A DNA stretch of 64,000 nucleotides from Marsupella aquatica (taxonomy: Eukaryota > Plantae > Marchantiophyta), in the NCBI GenBank assembly GCA_973895155.1, contig OZ316894.1, positions 9,461,440 through 9,525,439 of the forward strand, in the 5' to 3' direction. The notes below the pieces were generated by a model that saw nothing but the letters and a program-made list of their open reading frames with translations, had not been told where the DNA came from and searched no databases. The translations under genes and the position numbers were made by a program. This document shows, piece after piece, positions 25,727 to 37,705 of the stretch (within the stretch, counting starts at the first letter, position 1; each line of letters opens with the position of its first letter).

Positions 25727-26140
25727 TTTGGACTTGCCAGGCAAATGGAGTCTTTGGAGCCCGTCAACCGGCAAGTCGTCACCCTGACCCTCCCAGGCAC
25801 CCAATGTCAACTGCCCGGCCCTTTCCAGTCCGGCCCAGCCATGACCTCCCAGCCCGGCTCCCAGCCCCATCCCCCGGTCTCCCCTTCCCATACCCGGCCC
25901 GCCCCATTCCGGGTCCGGGTCAGGGGCTGGGCGCGGGGCAAGGCTGGATCAGGGAGGGTTAGGGCGGCAGGGTCCGGGACGGGGCCAGTCTTGGCCGGGA
26001 ATGGTTCAGGAAGGGACAGGGCCGGGCCAGGGAATAATTGGGAATATCCGGCAAATGGAGCCATTTTCGTCTGGCACGTGACGACTTTACATGCCCAGCA
26101 ACTCGGCAACTTGCCCATAACTTCAAATCTTGCCAAGCTA
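25727..26140. repeat. GC-rich imperfect foldback element
   Basis: C-rich left half and G-rich right half; GTCGTCAC/GTGACGAC and CCCGGCCCT/AGGGCCGGG inverted pairs. Confidence 0.55.
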
Positions 26141-26283
26141 GGCAGAGTTTAAAGTACCACAGTTACGACTACCTTAGTTGTAACCCACTCTTCTATTAAT
26201 AATTTTTTTGTTTGTAATTTCATGTGAAGAAGGGGGATAAGGCATACTTATCTTGCTCACTTACAGTCTGCTGTGAGTCAGGG

Positions 26284-26495
26284 CTGGAAAATGTAGTTTT
26301 GCTCACATGCAAGTCGAGATGCAAGTTGGCTCTTAGTGGGGTGGAATTTGGCAAATTTAGTCCTGGAAAATGTAGTTTTGCTCACCTGCGAGTTGGCTCT
26401 TAGTGGGGTGGAATTTGGCAAATTTAGTCCTGGAAAATGTAGTTTTGCTCACCTGCGAGTTGGCTCTTAGTGGGGGTGGAATTTGGCAAATTTAG
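26284..26495. repeat. ~67-bp tandem repeat, 3 copies
   Basis: CTGGAAAATGTAGTTTTGCTCAC...TAGTGGGGTGGAATTTGGCAAATTTAG repeated three times. Confidence 0.9.
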
Positions 26496-26566
26496 GCACT
26501 TAAAAAAAATGTGCTGTGGGCAAGCCAAGAATGATGAGAACAAGGGGCGGGAGCAACACAAGTGTA

Positions 26567-27252
26567 CAGTGAACTCTCACTAAGTGCACGCTCTAGGGAA
26601 GACTGATCTGGCATGCACTAAACCAGGTGTTGCATCCCTTGATACGCGCACATCCCGTAACAAGTGCTCTAATAGATAAGTGTGCTTCATTTAGATTCCT
26701 TTGTTAAATGTGTATGCCCTATGGACCCCTCTGTCAGTGAGTAGTCAGCTTCATACCTCATCTCCCTGCCCTAATTCTTTGCCCACACTCCTTAAGTGCA
26801 TTCTATACTCTATTAAGAATGGGCATGCATTTATCCGTAAATGAGATTTCCTGAGTTTACGCATTTACATATAAGCCCATACAAACACTTATCAAGGGTA
26901 AGTGCTTATAAAGTTGTCTAAAGTAGCAAAATGATTTTAGCCCTGTGTGCGCCTAGAAAAAAAACTCTTGAAAAGGGCTTATCCCGTGTAAAAGAAATTG
27001 GGGAAAACAAGATGACATGCACTAATCAAGGGTAAACGCTTATGGATTGTGCAATTAGCGACGAGGTATTTGCTTGATCTACCCCCAAAATGAATTTTGT
27101 TACTTGATCGACCTCTTGAGGTCTATGAACGACCCAGATCTGAGATCAAAAGATCCATCAATGGTCCAGATTGGGGGAAAGTATGAGGGGGTTGATTAAG
27201 CAAACTTTTTCCAGAAGCGGGTCTACTAAGCATATCCCTCGAGAGATCACTC
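26567..27252. mobile_element. Tc1/mariner-pogo-like MITE whose right TIR is interrupted by a nested ~180-bp MITE
   Basis: Left end TA-CAGTGAACTCTCACTAAGTGCAC; right end reconstructs as GTGCAATTAGCGAGAGATCACTC-TA after removing ~27063-27240. Confidence 0.7.
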
Positions 27253-28395
27253 TAATCGTGTTGTAATCGTGTCCCCAGAATCCCAGATAGAGGCAAGCAG
27301 CAATGATGCGTGGCACCGGCCTAATAAATGGGACGCTTTCGGAAGAAGGCTTGTGTTCCCTTCTGATAGGAGAGAATCAGAGAATTGCAGTAGTACTGTG
27401 TCCTTGGATAAAGGCAGGAAGACAGGAACAGACCGACACGTTGCCGCTTGATTTCGCCTGCGTGCATTCAGCATGCATTTCAGCGTCTACAGTCATCACC
27501 CACCGGCCAAGGTAGTGGCCGATTCATCGATTCGATACGCACCATTCGCATCGCCAGGGGACCGGGTTGTCGTTGTTGTTGCAGAGTAGCAGAGAAGCAG
27601 ACGAGAGACGCAATCGTGAGCTCGGGACAACTTCAGAAGTGCACTTTTCTCCAAGTAAGTACTGTAGGCTGATGATTGAGCCGTGTGATTCCGGTGTGCG
27701 TGTGATTCCGGTGTTGCCCAAGTTTCCAGAGATGGGAATGGGTAGGCGAGAGGATGGAATGAAAGAGAGGAATCGTTGTGAGGGCTGTATTGTTTCATCC
27801 CCATTTTGGTGTCCACTGTGAATCGGAGCTCCTCTCGTCAGCTGCTTCCTTTGGTTACAACGTCGGGTTTTTTTTCTTACTTCCGACCGTTGGGAGTAAC
27901 GCATTTCTTTCACTTGTGATCGGTGACGTCCTCACTTTGTTGGTTCCTGCTTCAAACTAGCAAAGTTGGTTATTCATTTCTGATTAGTAGCTTCTGCTTC
28001 GACTAGGGGAGCCCTCTATCTTGAAGTGTCCGCATTGTAGATCTCACCCGTTTCTTTTGAGGAGAATGCGAGGGAGTCTGAGTGTTTCTCCCTGTTGTCG
28101 AAGTAAAGGTGTTAGTCAAGGAAGCAAGGCAGGTCGGTGGCGAGTACTGTAGGCGCGGAGGCTGTATTAATTGGAACCATTAGCTTTCTTTGAACCCATT
28201 TTTGTGACGCTGTTGTTTCCTGGAAGAGTGAGTGCAAGGAAGTGCTTAATTTGCAGTTGCAGTGGTGAATTTGGAGACTGCATTTGTCGATGTAATTTGA
28301 CAGAAACCGAACTTCCACCTGTGCGGTGCAGATCTTTGAGGTTGAGGCTTGTGAATCTGGGGCTAAGGGGAGTTTAAGAAGAAGAAAAGGAAGAC

Positions 28396-30558
28396 ATGGC
28401 GAAGAGAGCGTTGCTGGTAGGGTGTAATTACCCAGGAACCAAAGCCGAGCTGCACGGATGTGTGAATGATGTTTCGCGCATGTACAAATGTCTCGTGGAC
28501 CGATTTGGGTTCGACGAGAGCGCCATCACAGTCATGGTTGATACTGATAAGCGATCAGTGCAACCGACGGGAGTGAACATCAAGAAAGTGCTGGGCCGGC
28601 TCATTGATGAGTCGGTTCCTCGCGACATCCTGGTCGTGCATTACAGCGGGCATGGCACCCAGGTGCCTGACGAAAGTGGTGAACCAGGCGACAGTGGCCT
28701 CGATGAAGCCATTGTCCCCACCGATCTGAACATTCTGACCGGTAAGACGCCTATCCTTCTGTGTGCGTTGGAGTCAAGTTTGGCAGCAGTCTGTCCTTTC
28801 TCTTTTCGAGAGGCTTAGAACTTCTTGGTGGAGGCAGTACTTGAGTTTTCATTTCAAGGACCTGGATACGTCCTTTTTGGCTGAGGAGCTCGATCATGTT
28901 TAAGGTTTTAGAATGGGGACAACGATCGGTACTCCTCTCGCTCTCTTCTCAAGTTCAGAGATATCCTTTTTTGGATCTCTTTAGCCACAGCTTTTGGCCT
29001 TTAGGATGCCGTGTGCCTTCTGTTTCTCGCCACCTTTTGGGGATCTGCGGACTGCCAAGGCACCTCATTCATTCGTGGTTCTTGGTGCTCGTGTTGTGGA
29101 TCTCAGTGCCGATCATTTCATTTGAGCTTCCTGTGATGAACCGTGCTAACAAGATCGATTGAAGGAGTATTCTGTGAGGGGAATGGGATTGACCTGTCCT
29201 GTAGAAAACGTTTTTGATCCATTTGAGCTCACTCTGGGTGTAAAGTTAATGACTGGGGTCGTCAGGCTCTTGTGCCGAGCAGTAATTTTCATTGATATCT
29301 CTCAGACCAGAGTGGTATAGCCTGTCATCACTCTATTTTTGCCAAATGCCGACTGATCCAATTGTCATGACGGTGTTCTGGCTGATCAGACGACGATTTC
29401 CGATCACTGTTCACTAAGATCAAACGTGGCGTAATGTTCACTTTTATATCCGATTCGTGCCACAGTGGTGGTCTCATCGACCACGAGAAGGAGCAGATTG
29501 GAGATGGGGTTGGAGAGACCAGAGGATTTGCAGCTCCAGTACCTGCGCAACCGAGGGCAGCTACCCGTAGCTACGATGCTGGTTACCGACAGCAGCCTGC
29601 ACAATACGGCAGGGAAGAGGAACCAGAGTACGAAAGGGAAGAGAGACATGGCCATCAGGGCAGGAGGGAGGAGTATGAAGTGGAGCCACGACGAGAAAGA
29701 TATGGTCATCAGGAAGGCCATCACGGCAGGAGGGAGGAGTATGAGGAGGAGCCTAGACGAGAGAGATATGGTCAGCAGGAAGGCCATCACGGCAGGAGGG
29801 AAGAGTATGAGGAGGAGCCCAGACGAGAAGGGTACGGTTTTCAGGGATATGGGCAGGAGCCCAGCAGAGAAAGATATGGTCACCAGGAATACGGTCAGAG
29901 GTCCGAGAGAAGGGAGGAGGAAGACAATTACGGACGTCGTGTAAATTTCGTCAACAAGTCTTTATCCATCGAGACTCTCACTCAGATGCTTAGTGAGCAA
30001 GCTGGCCACGAGGTGAAACCTGGTAATATCAGGACCAGTCTGTACGATATGTTTGGTGAGGATGCCAGTCCAACTGTGAAGGTGTTTGTGAATCTCATTG
30101 CTAGTAAGCTGAGTGGTGCCGGCGATGGTGGACAAGGTGGTGGAGGAGTCTGGGGAAGCATTGGAGGTTTAGCTATGGACTTTCTCAAGACCAAGCTCAA
30201 TGACAGCAGTTCAGGCTTCTCTGTGCCAGCTCCAGTCACTTCCAGTGCGGTACCTCAGTCGATCCATGCTGGTCAAAAGCCACCTCCGTCCGAGAGAGTC
30301 GCTGGTGACATTGGCATTCTTGTTAGTGGTTGCCAGTCAAATGAAACTTCAGCTGATGCTAACCCCACTGGTAACCCTGCACAAGCGTATGGAGCTTTGA
30401 GTAATGGCATTCAGACGATTCTCGCTGAGAGGAATAGCCCTATAACTAATGGCGATCTTGTGAGAGAGGTGCGGGCTCTGCTAAAGAAGCAAGGATTCTC
30501 TCAACACCCTTGTCTGTACTCGAGTGACGAGAACGTCAATGCTACATTCATTTGCTAG
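28396..30558 (+). CDS. Type II metacaspase (504 aa); exons 28396-28741 and 29390-30558
   Basis: [23 protein letters not shown], catalytic HYSGHG and DSCHSG, linker NK/SLS autocleavage-type site, p10 [28 protein letters not shown]. One phase-1 GT-AG intron gives 1515 nt in frame. Confidence 0.96.
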
Positions 30559-33500
30559 ACGACAGTGAGCTAGATATTTCCTGGTTGTTTAAGACATCAC
30601 AAGGACATTGATTGGGTCGTTACCGATGTTTTTGTCGGACCCTACACGTCTGCTGGTAGTGCGTTAGAGAGCGCTTTCGAGGATGCCAACGATGAAAAAT
30701 CTGGGTGATGATTTTCTTAGAGACATGATTTAGCTCAGGTCAAACAGGTTCAGTTCGGCTATAGATTTTTTTTGGCTTCTGACGGTCCAAAAATATTGGA
30801 ATTTATTTTGAAAATTGATGCCAATCGTGTTTGATGACTCTCTCCAAATGCCAGTTAATTGCTTTTACTCATCCGGGTTTAGAGGAGAAATGTGGGCCAA
30901 GTTTCTAAAACGAAAGTTGGACTAACTTTTAATTGAGAAGCTGGGTTCTACGTCTGTGTAGAAGATGCGGTGAGATCTGCCGGCAAATCTCTGGTTAGCG
31001 GTTTGTTCCGTTAGTCAGATTCCTACTTTGCAGCTGTAAAGAAATTACTGGCAGATCAAACCTCGTGTGCAGAAAGATAGTCTTCGCCAGTCAATTTGAG
31101 CCAGCTTCATTCCACCGGGGAAATTGGTCACCTCGGAGAGACGCATGAGCACTTAACATGCTGCTGAGTAACTTGTAGGTCCCAGCGTAATTCCTCCACC
31201 TGCGAGTAATGGGATATTTCCAATGCTCCTTTTGATTTTATTCCCTGCTGCCATGTACTATAGTAGCCTGCTCTTTTGCACCTACAAACGATGAGCTTTT
31301 CAATGGTCCTCGGGACTTTATTACCTGCAGCAATGCACAATAGTACCTGTTCATTTGCCCAATCGACACCTGGCTTGGAACCGATCTACACCGCTCTTGG
31401 CAATATGTCCTGAATACTCGGTTACTCAAAGCAATTGCACATGCCAATGTAACTAAAATGGGTTAAGGAAGGACACGCTTCTGTCTGCTGAGTGAAGGTA
31501 TTTTCCTCGTCGTCGTGTACAGATGTATATGTCATGAACATCAACAGTTTGTATCTCGTCCCGTGTGGCCTCAGTGAGTGATACATGCGGTAAGCTTGGA
31601 GAGTGAAACCAGCTAGCCAAGCTCGATTGCGCTTTGAATCATTCCAATACAACCATGAGAAAAATTGGTCAATCTAAAAAGTGTGAACCACAAAGTGCCC
31701 AAACTAGTTGAACAGAAGTATGGTCCCTCTTATGCCAGGGATAAACTTGGTGGCAAGTTCGAATACTTAAGAAGTCCTTACCAGCCAATTCACATCCAGT
31801 GTTGTGACCAGTAACATAACTCTTCCCATGTGGCCATCCAAGAGTGACTAATACATCCGAAAGTTCAACAGAGTGGAACCAGCTAGCCAAAATGGATTGC
31901 ACTTTGGATCATTCCAATACAAACCATGAGAAATTTTTTTCGATCCAACGAGGGTGACTCACAAAGTAGATGCTCAGACTATTATTGGTGCCGCAGGGCT
32001 TGCTGTTCTGGTGCTGGTCACAGGACTACATTTAAATTCGCTGTAAGCAATGCTTGTTCTTCGGCCCTAGGAGTTGCCACTATCCCTGGCACAACAGCAT
32101 CATTCTTCTTTTTTGTCCTCGAAAAAACCAAAATTGAATTTCGTTCAAAAAAGCCAGCATAGAACATGGATGGCCCACAAGAGGGGGTCGGGGCCGGGGT
32201 GTCCCCGAAAAAACCAAATTGAATTTAGTTCAAAAAAGCCAACATACAACATGGATGGCCCACAAGATGGGGTCGGCACCCAAGGGCCAGAGACCCAGAG
32301 GATCATTCTTCTGTTCCAATAATGATATACCACAAACCTGTGGACACATGCCAAGTGGCCATGTGCTGCTGGGTTTGGATGTGCATTAATCAGAAAGGCA
32401 TGTTCTACATGCAGAAAGAACACTAAGACTTAAGAGCACCCCCACCGGTGGACCTCAGTTTCCATTTAGTTGAAACATATTGTGCACATAGATAGATAGA
32501 TACTCTTTGGACTTCCTAGGGTTACCCCCGCCACCCTCCCCACACTTTATTGGGTCTCCTGCCTTTGAGTGTCCATACAGTTGAAACAGACAGCGTACAT
32601 AGATACTCTTTGGGCTTCCCAGGGTTTTTGCTTGAGTTTTGTCTTTATTGCCTATAGGATCTTTTCTCTCAGGTTGGCGCTTTTAATTTTTTGGCACAAT
32701 TACAAAAGGATGGCAGAAAATCTGCTGCTGGTAATATTGTGGCGCCATTTTAGGCATTACGTGTTCACCATTTTAGGAAATAACACGAGGCCATAATATT
32801 ATTCTCCTCTTTTCATATTTTATTTGAAAAACAATGTATGCACTGAAAAGTTAGTGTTTACACCAGGATGCTTATTATATTCTTAGAATTTATATGACAA
32901 AATTAGTTCTAGGTTTCACATGGAGCCAATTTATTTTGGTCGCACTGAGTTAGTATTAAAGAGGCCACACACTTATCAGAAAATGCAATATGATGGGTTC
33001 TGGGCTTATTGATAAGTGAACATGTACAATTATCATGGGTTTTAACTCAAAAGTTGTTATTGAGCATAATTTTTCAGGTCTGTTTGAGCTGCTTACAAAA
33101 GATACAAAAAGTGCAATCTCCATGCAAAACATGGGAAAATGGGATGCCTTGCAGCCAGGTTGTGCACTTGAGGAGACAGAGAGCCGACTGTAAGTCGTAG
33201 ATTGATGCTCAACTGAGTCTCTTGACAAATGTGCATGATCTAACCAATGTTAATCTAGAAAGCCAACAACAGCAAGTTTTGAAGCAATGGTGTAAACACA
33301 TCCAAGCTTCAGAAGGATAAATTTTCAGGACAATTTTGTCTTCCCAAATGTCAAAAGGACTTGCCCACATATCTCATTCAAATTCACCTTGCTAAAAGTG
33401 TAATCCAGGTAAAAGGAGCTGGCATTAAGATTGTTGTTCATCATGAATATATTAGTTTTCAAGTATCAAGTGTCTTGGACGGGGTCTTGGACAAGTTGTT

Positions 33501-35183
33501 TCTGAGTTGAACAGAAAAATTGCAGGTCAGCCAGCTTCGAAGCTTCTAGTCCATCCATGTCTTAAATATGAGTGACTGGTCAACCCTAGTGTCCCTTTAT
33601 TGCTAACGAGCTTAATTGTAGCTGCCTTGTTGGCATTGTGGCTTGTTTCGACTGCATACATATTAACCTCTTTTGCACAACGAGGACCAGCTTAATTGTT
33701 AAATGGTGAGAGTGTTGGTGGTCGTCAGTAGTATGATGATGCCCAAGCTGGGCTATGCATGATGCAGGATTGAGTGCCTCAAGGGTTTAGGATACAGGAG
33801 GTCATTACCCCCTTAAATTTACTGAAACAATTTTGGCATGCTTAAGAAGGACCAAAGTATTGACATTAGTGGTTGTCAAGAAGTTGAAATTAGTCAGCCT
33901 TGAGTCCTCAATTGTAAGCAAGAATGGTGGTTGTGACGTTGAAATTCAGGACTTCTTTAAGTCCAATGGTATTTTCAAAGGAGTCATTTCACAGTGACCG
34001 TGCCTGGTCCAACCAGATGGCCTGCACGGTGGTACTCATTGTCATTGTAATTGGGTCAAGCCACTCATTTTGGCGCAGTCCAAACTATGAGATTTGAGTA
34101 ATCAAATGTGAAATCACTCTATGGAGGGCCATACATAAGGTGCAATGGTGTCAGTTATTTATGAGTCCCTTAATCACTTTAAATAAAGTTGTATGATACC
34201 AATATGATGACACATTTTCATTGATATAATACCTTTTTTTTTCTCAAAATGCTTCAAATGACTCTGTACATTGTTACACATGATGTGACACTACCCTGGA
34301 AGTCACCCATCCAGCTTGTGAAACCTGGACAAATTTCTCATAATTTTTAAAGAACCAGGATGCTTCAATTGTTTTCATTATTTTTTTAAATTAGCAATAA
34401 AATACAGGAGAAGAATATTTAGGTGCTGCACTATTCCCTGTAATATTAATATTCTGTGTTGCAATGCTTGTGAAACCTGGAAAATCTTTGGGAAGACAAT
34501 TCTAAGTATCTTGATGTAAACATGAGCCCCACCAGAATTGGGGCCATCAGAGCCGTATGATCCCCACCACAATTGAGTCAGTAGTAAGCACGTACTGGAG
34601 TGCATAGTATTGGGACCATGTCTGTCTAGTGGGAAAAACAGATACTTTTTACAGAAAAGGGCCAAATAGAGTACAAAAGAATAAACAAGAGAGGTCCCAA
34701 GTGGCCCCAAAAGTCTAGTCCGTTGGCCCCAAAAGCAAATGAAAGAAAGTTTGTTCTATGAAAAAAAGATGACGTTGCTCTTTTAGCAATTAGGTAGGAC
34801 TAGAAAAGTCTTACCATAGATGCTGTAGAAGCTTTGGTTACAATATAGCAAGAAAGATGCACCGACCATCTAAATATGGTGTGCCAGGGTAAGTGTATAA
34901 TCTCCAAACAAAGCAAATACAAGCTGAGGGTGGCTTTTTTACAAGAAGTAGGGGCCCATTGCTTTTTAGATTCACGTTTGAGATTAAATCTCGAGTGGAA
35001 AGGGCTGTAGCTGTAGTAGTTGGCTTTACAAGACCCTGGGGCCCATTCGGGGATGGTGTCTAGTGAGCCTACATTGGAAGCAATGGTTTCCAACTAAATC
35101 CTGATAAGGTGTGTTTACTTGTCTAAAATTGTGGACTACCCTGGAGAGGAGGCCCAAACATTTACAAACTTTGACTCCTTCAT

Positions 35184-35460
35184 CTCAAGGTTTCACTTCC
35201 ACAAAAATGGCACATCACGTGCGACAAAGTATATGGTCATTTTATTGGTTATAAATAAATATTTAAGAATTTTCTCAGAAGAACAATTGAGGTTTTTGAA
35301 TCCAATTTTGAAACTTATAAGTCCATTAGTAAGGGTCTTTTTAATCAAAAAATTCCAACTTTATAGGGGTCAATTGTTTTTAATTTTTTTCAATTTAGGG
35401 GGTCCAAGGCCTAAAAATGTAGAAGGTGATGGGGAGGCCTCTATATAGTGAGACCCCGAG
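35184..35460. mobile_element. Second copy of the 8250-8537 MITE family
   Basis: Termini CTCAAGGTTTCACT ... AGTGAGACCCCGAG; homologous body. Confidence 0.8.
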
Positions 35461-35554
35461 GTGCAACTTAGTTAATGTAACCATGCCTCTGGCTATGGTT
35501 AGCCTAACTACGGTTACATGTCGTAACCCTAGACCTAAGAGTAAATAACTAACA
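35461..35554 (-). mobile_element. Remnant of the U3 end of a copia-family LTR
   Basis: GTGCAACTTAGTT ... CTAGACCTAAGAGTAAATAACTAACA resembles 43412-43581. Confidence 0.65.
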
Positions 35555-35683
35555 ATAGCAAGAGAATTCTGAAGTAAGTTTGAATGGTTGTGAGAAAACT
35601 AAGCCAAGCCAAGTGGTACAAGTATATATGAAGGGTCACTTGCATACAAAACCTGTAGATAAAGTGGGCGCAATTGGCCAATA

Positions 35684-35799
35684 TGTTGAGCATAGACGAC
35701 AATCACAACGGCAAGCCCATGAACCATCAACGCACAAGAGTCGACACAGAGAGATACGTGGTTCACCTCCACATGAGACTATGTCCACGGGAACACACA
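35684..35799 (-). mobile_element. Partial copia LTR (U5 side), diverged from the 43161 LTR
   Basis: TGTTGAGCATAGA...GTCCACGGGAACACAC aligns with 43161-43274 with several substitutions and indels, then homology stops abruptly. Confidence 0.8.
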
Positions 35800-36302
35800 T
35801 AACACAGTGACGGACCAAACGAGAAGTGTGACCACACTTCTCATTTTGCCCGCGGCGAAAAAAGTTTCTAAGGCAAAAAAGTCTTGGATACAAAATTAGT
35901 ATTCCCCCTAAAAACTAGTTTTTCGAATTGAAAAAATGGGAAAAATCGACACGAATACGAAGATGGGATACGGCGTGTCCCATTTCGGATCCAACCGCGG
36001 AATTCCAAACAAAAAAAACAAACGCAGTAAAAGTGCCGATATTGGTTTACCCGACAAGAATATTCCAAAACGATTCTTCTCAACGGTAACATTTAACCGA
36101 TTGCGATGCAACTACAGTCAAATACTAACCATGGTCAGAGAGAAAACTATAAATAGGAGATCACCGCTTGAGAATTTTCCGCTCATTTTTCTCACTCTGT
36201 ATACTCTTACTCTCGACGAATGCACACCGTCTATACAAACTCGTATTCCCCGAAAATCAGATTTGACTAACAGGTGAGAATCTTCCTGAAAATGGCGAGG
36301 AC

Positions 36303-36956
36303 GAATCCCAAATGGGATACGGCGTATCCCATTTGGGATTCAACCTTCAAATGTCCAATTTTTGTTTCACTTTAGCTAAAAAAGGAGGTTGGATGCGATA
36401 TGGGATACCCCGTATCCCATATCGCATCCAACCTCCGAATATGAAGTATCTTAGACTCCAAATGTCAAAACCTCAACTTTGAATGCGAAATGGGATACGG
36501 CGTATCCCATTTGGGATTCACCCTTCAAATGTCCAGTTTTGATTTATCTTTAACTAAAAAGGGAGGTTGGATGTGAAGTGGGATACGGGGTATCCCATGT
36601 CGCATCCAACCTCCGAATATGAAGCATCTTAGACTCCAAATGTCAAAACCTCAACGTTGAACGCAAAATGGGATACGACGTATTTCGTTTGGGATTCACT
36701 CTTCAAATGTCCAGTTTTGATTTGTCTTTAGCTAAAAAAGGAGGTTGGATGCGAAGTGGGATACGAGGTATCCCATGTCGCATCCAACCTCCGAATATGA
36801 AGCATCTTAGACTCCAAATGTCAAAACCTCAACGTTGAATGCAAAATAGGATACGGCGTATCCCGTTTGGGATTCACTCTTCAAATGTCCAGTTTTAATT
36901 TCTCTTTAGCTAAAAACGGAGGTTGGATGCGAAGTGGGATACGGGGTATCCCATGT
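36303..36956. repeat. 178-bp tandem repeat (~3.7 units), each unit with two hairpins
   Basis: ATGGGATAC core recurs at 36312, 36490, 36668 and 36846; perfect 25-bp-arm hairpin at 36384-36436. Confidence 0.92.
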
Positions 36957-37547
36957 GATATTTACCTAGAGTTTTTTTGAATGATGGGAAAAACCTTATG
37001 GATTGTTGATTGTTTCGCAGGTGAAGTTCAACTAAACACGCACTGAAGCTCTTGCTGCCTTTCAGTGACCGACACCGACTCAAGCTTAAGCTTGCCTAGA
37101 AAAACCAAGTTTTCTCTTGTGAGTCTAATGGCGGTCCATAATCAAAATTGTGAGAAACGTGCTCGTCGATTGTATAAGCGATTAGTTGCACTCAAAGTTC
37201 TTCGTCCTGGATTAGGCACGCTATGGACGGGAGGCGTGGATCCACATGATAGTTTGAATCCACTCCGAATAGAGTTTTGTGAAAAAATGAGGATGGAGTT
37301 CCGATTCGGTCGAGGATATGTTTGAGTGGTTATCTGCACTCTGTTAATTCTTCTTGTAATTATTGTCGTGATGCCCAAAACAAATATCATCGATTGACAT
37401 ATTTGTGTTATCGGATTTGGAACGAAGATCCTTGGGTTAACTTATCGCGTTGAATCTTCTTGATTAGTGTGTAAGTGTTTAGGTGAACGTTCTTGGGTCA
37501 AACACTTTGTGAATATATTTTTCTTTTGATCAAAGAAATAAAATCAG

Positions 37548-37574
37548 TTTAGGGTTTAGGGTTTAGGGTTTAGG
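37548..37574 (+). repeat. Interstitial plant telomeric repeat (TTTAGGG)3 TTTAGG
   Basis: Read directly from the sequence. Confidence 0.9.
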
Positions 37575-37705
37575 ACAAAAACCAAACCGGTTTCCCTCTC
37601 TAACTAGAGCAAACCAGAACTAAGCCGTAGCCTAATACATAGGAATGAGGAAGAGCATATATCAGTAATTACAATGAATGTTAAGAAACTCTACTTGTGA
37701 TGCAA

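Noticed and set aside
25549-26152. Several overlapping Pro/Gly-rich ORFs
   Set aside because: By-products of high GC content in a foldback element; no domain evidence.
30055-30090. Apparent loss of the metacaspase autocleavage Lys (SPTVKV versus SPKVKK)
   Set aside because: The conserved site corresponds to the upstream NK/SL motif, which is retained.
31600-31938. ~68-bp direct repeats ~270 bp apart as a TRIM
   Set aside because: No PBS, PPT, TG..CA ends or TSD; more likely a local duplication.
35803-35809. CACAGTG (RAG/Transib heptamer) at the start of the unclassified insert
   Set aside because: No matching inverted end or 5-bp TSD found; a 7-mer is expected by chance.
36303-36956. Palindromic repeats as a CRISPR array
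   Set aside because: The intervening sequences repeat rather than being unique spacers, the context is eukaryotic, and there are no cas genes.
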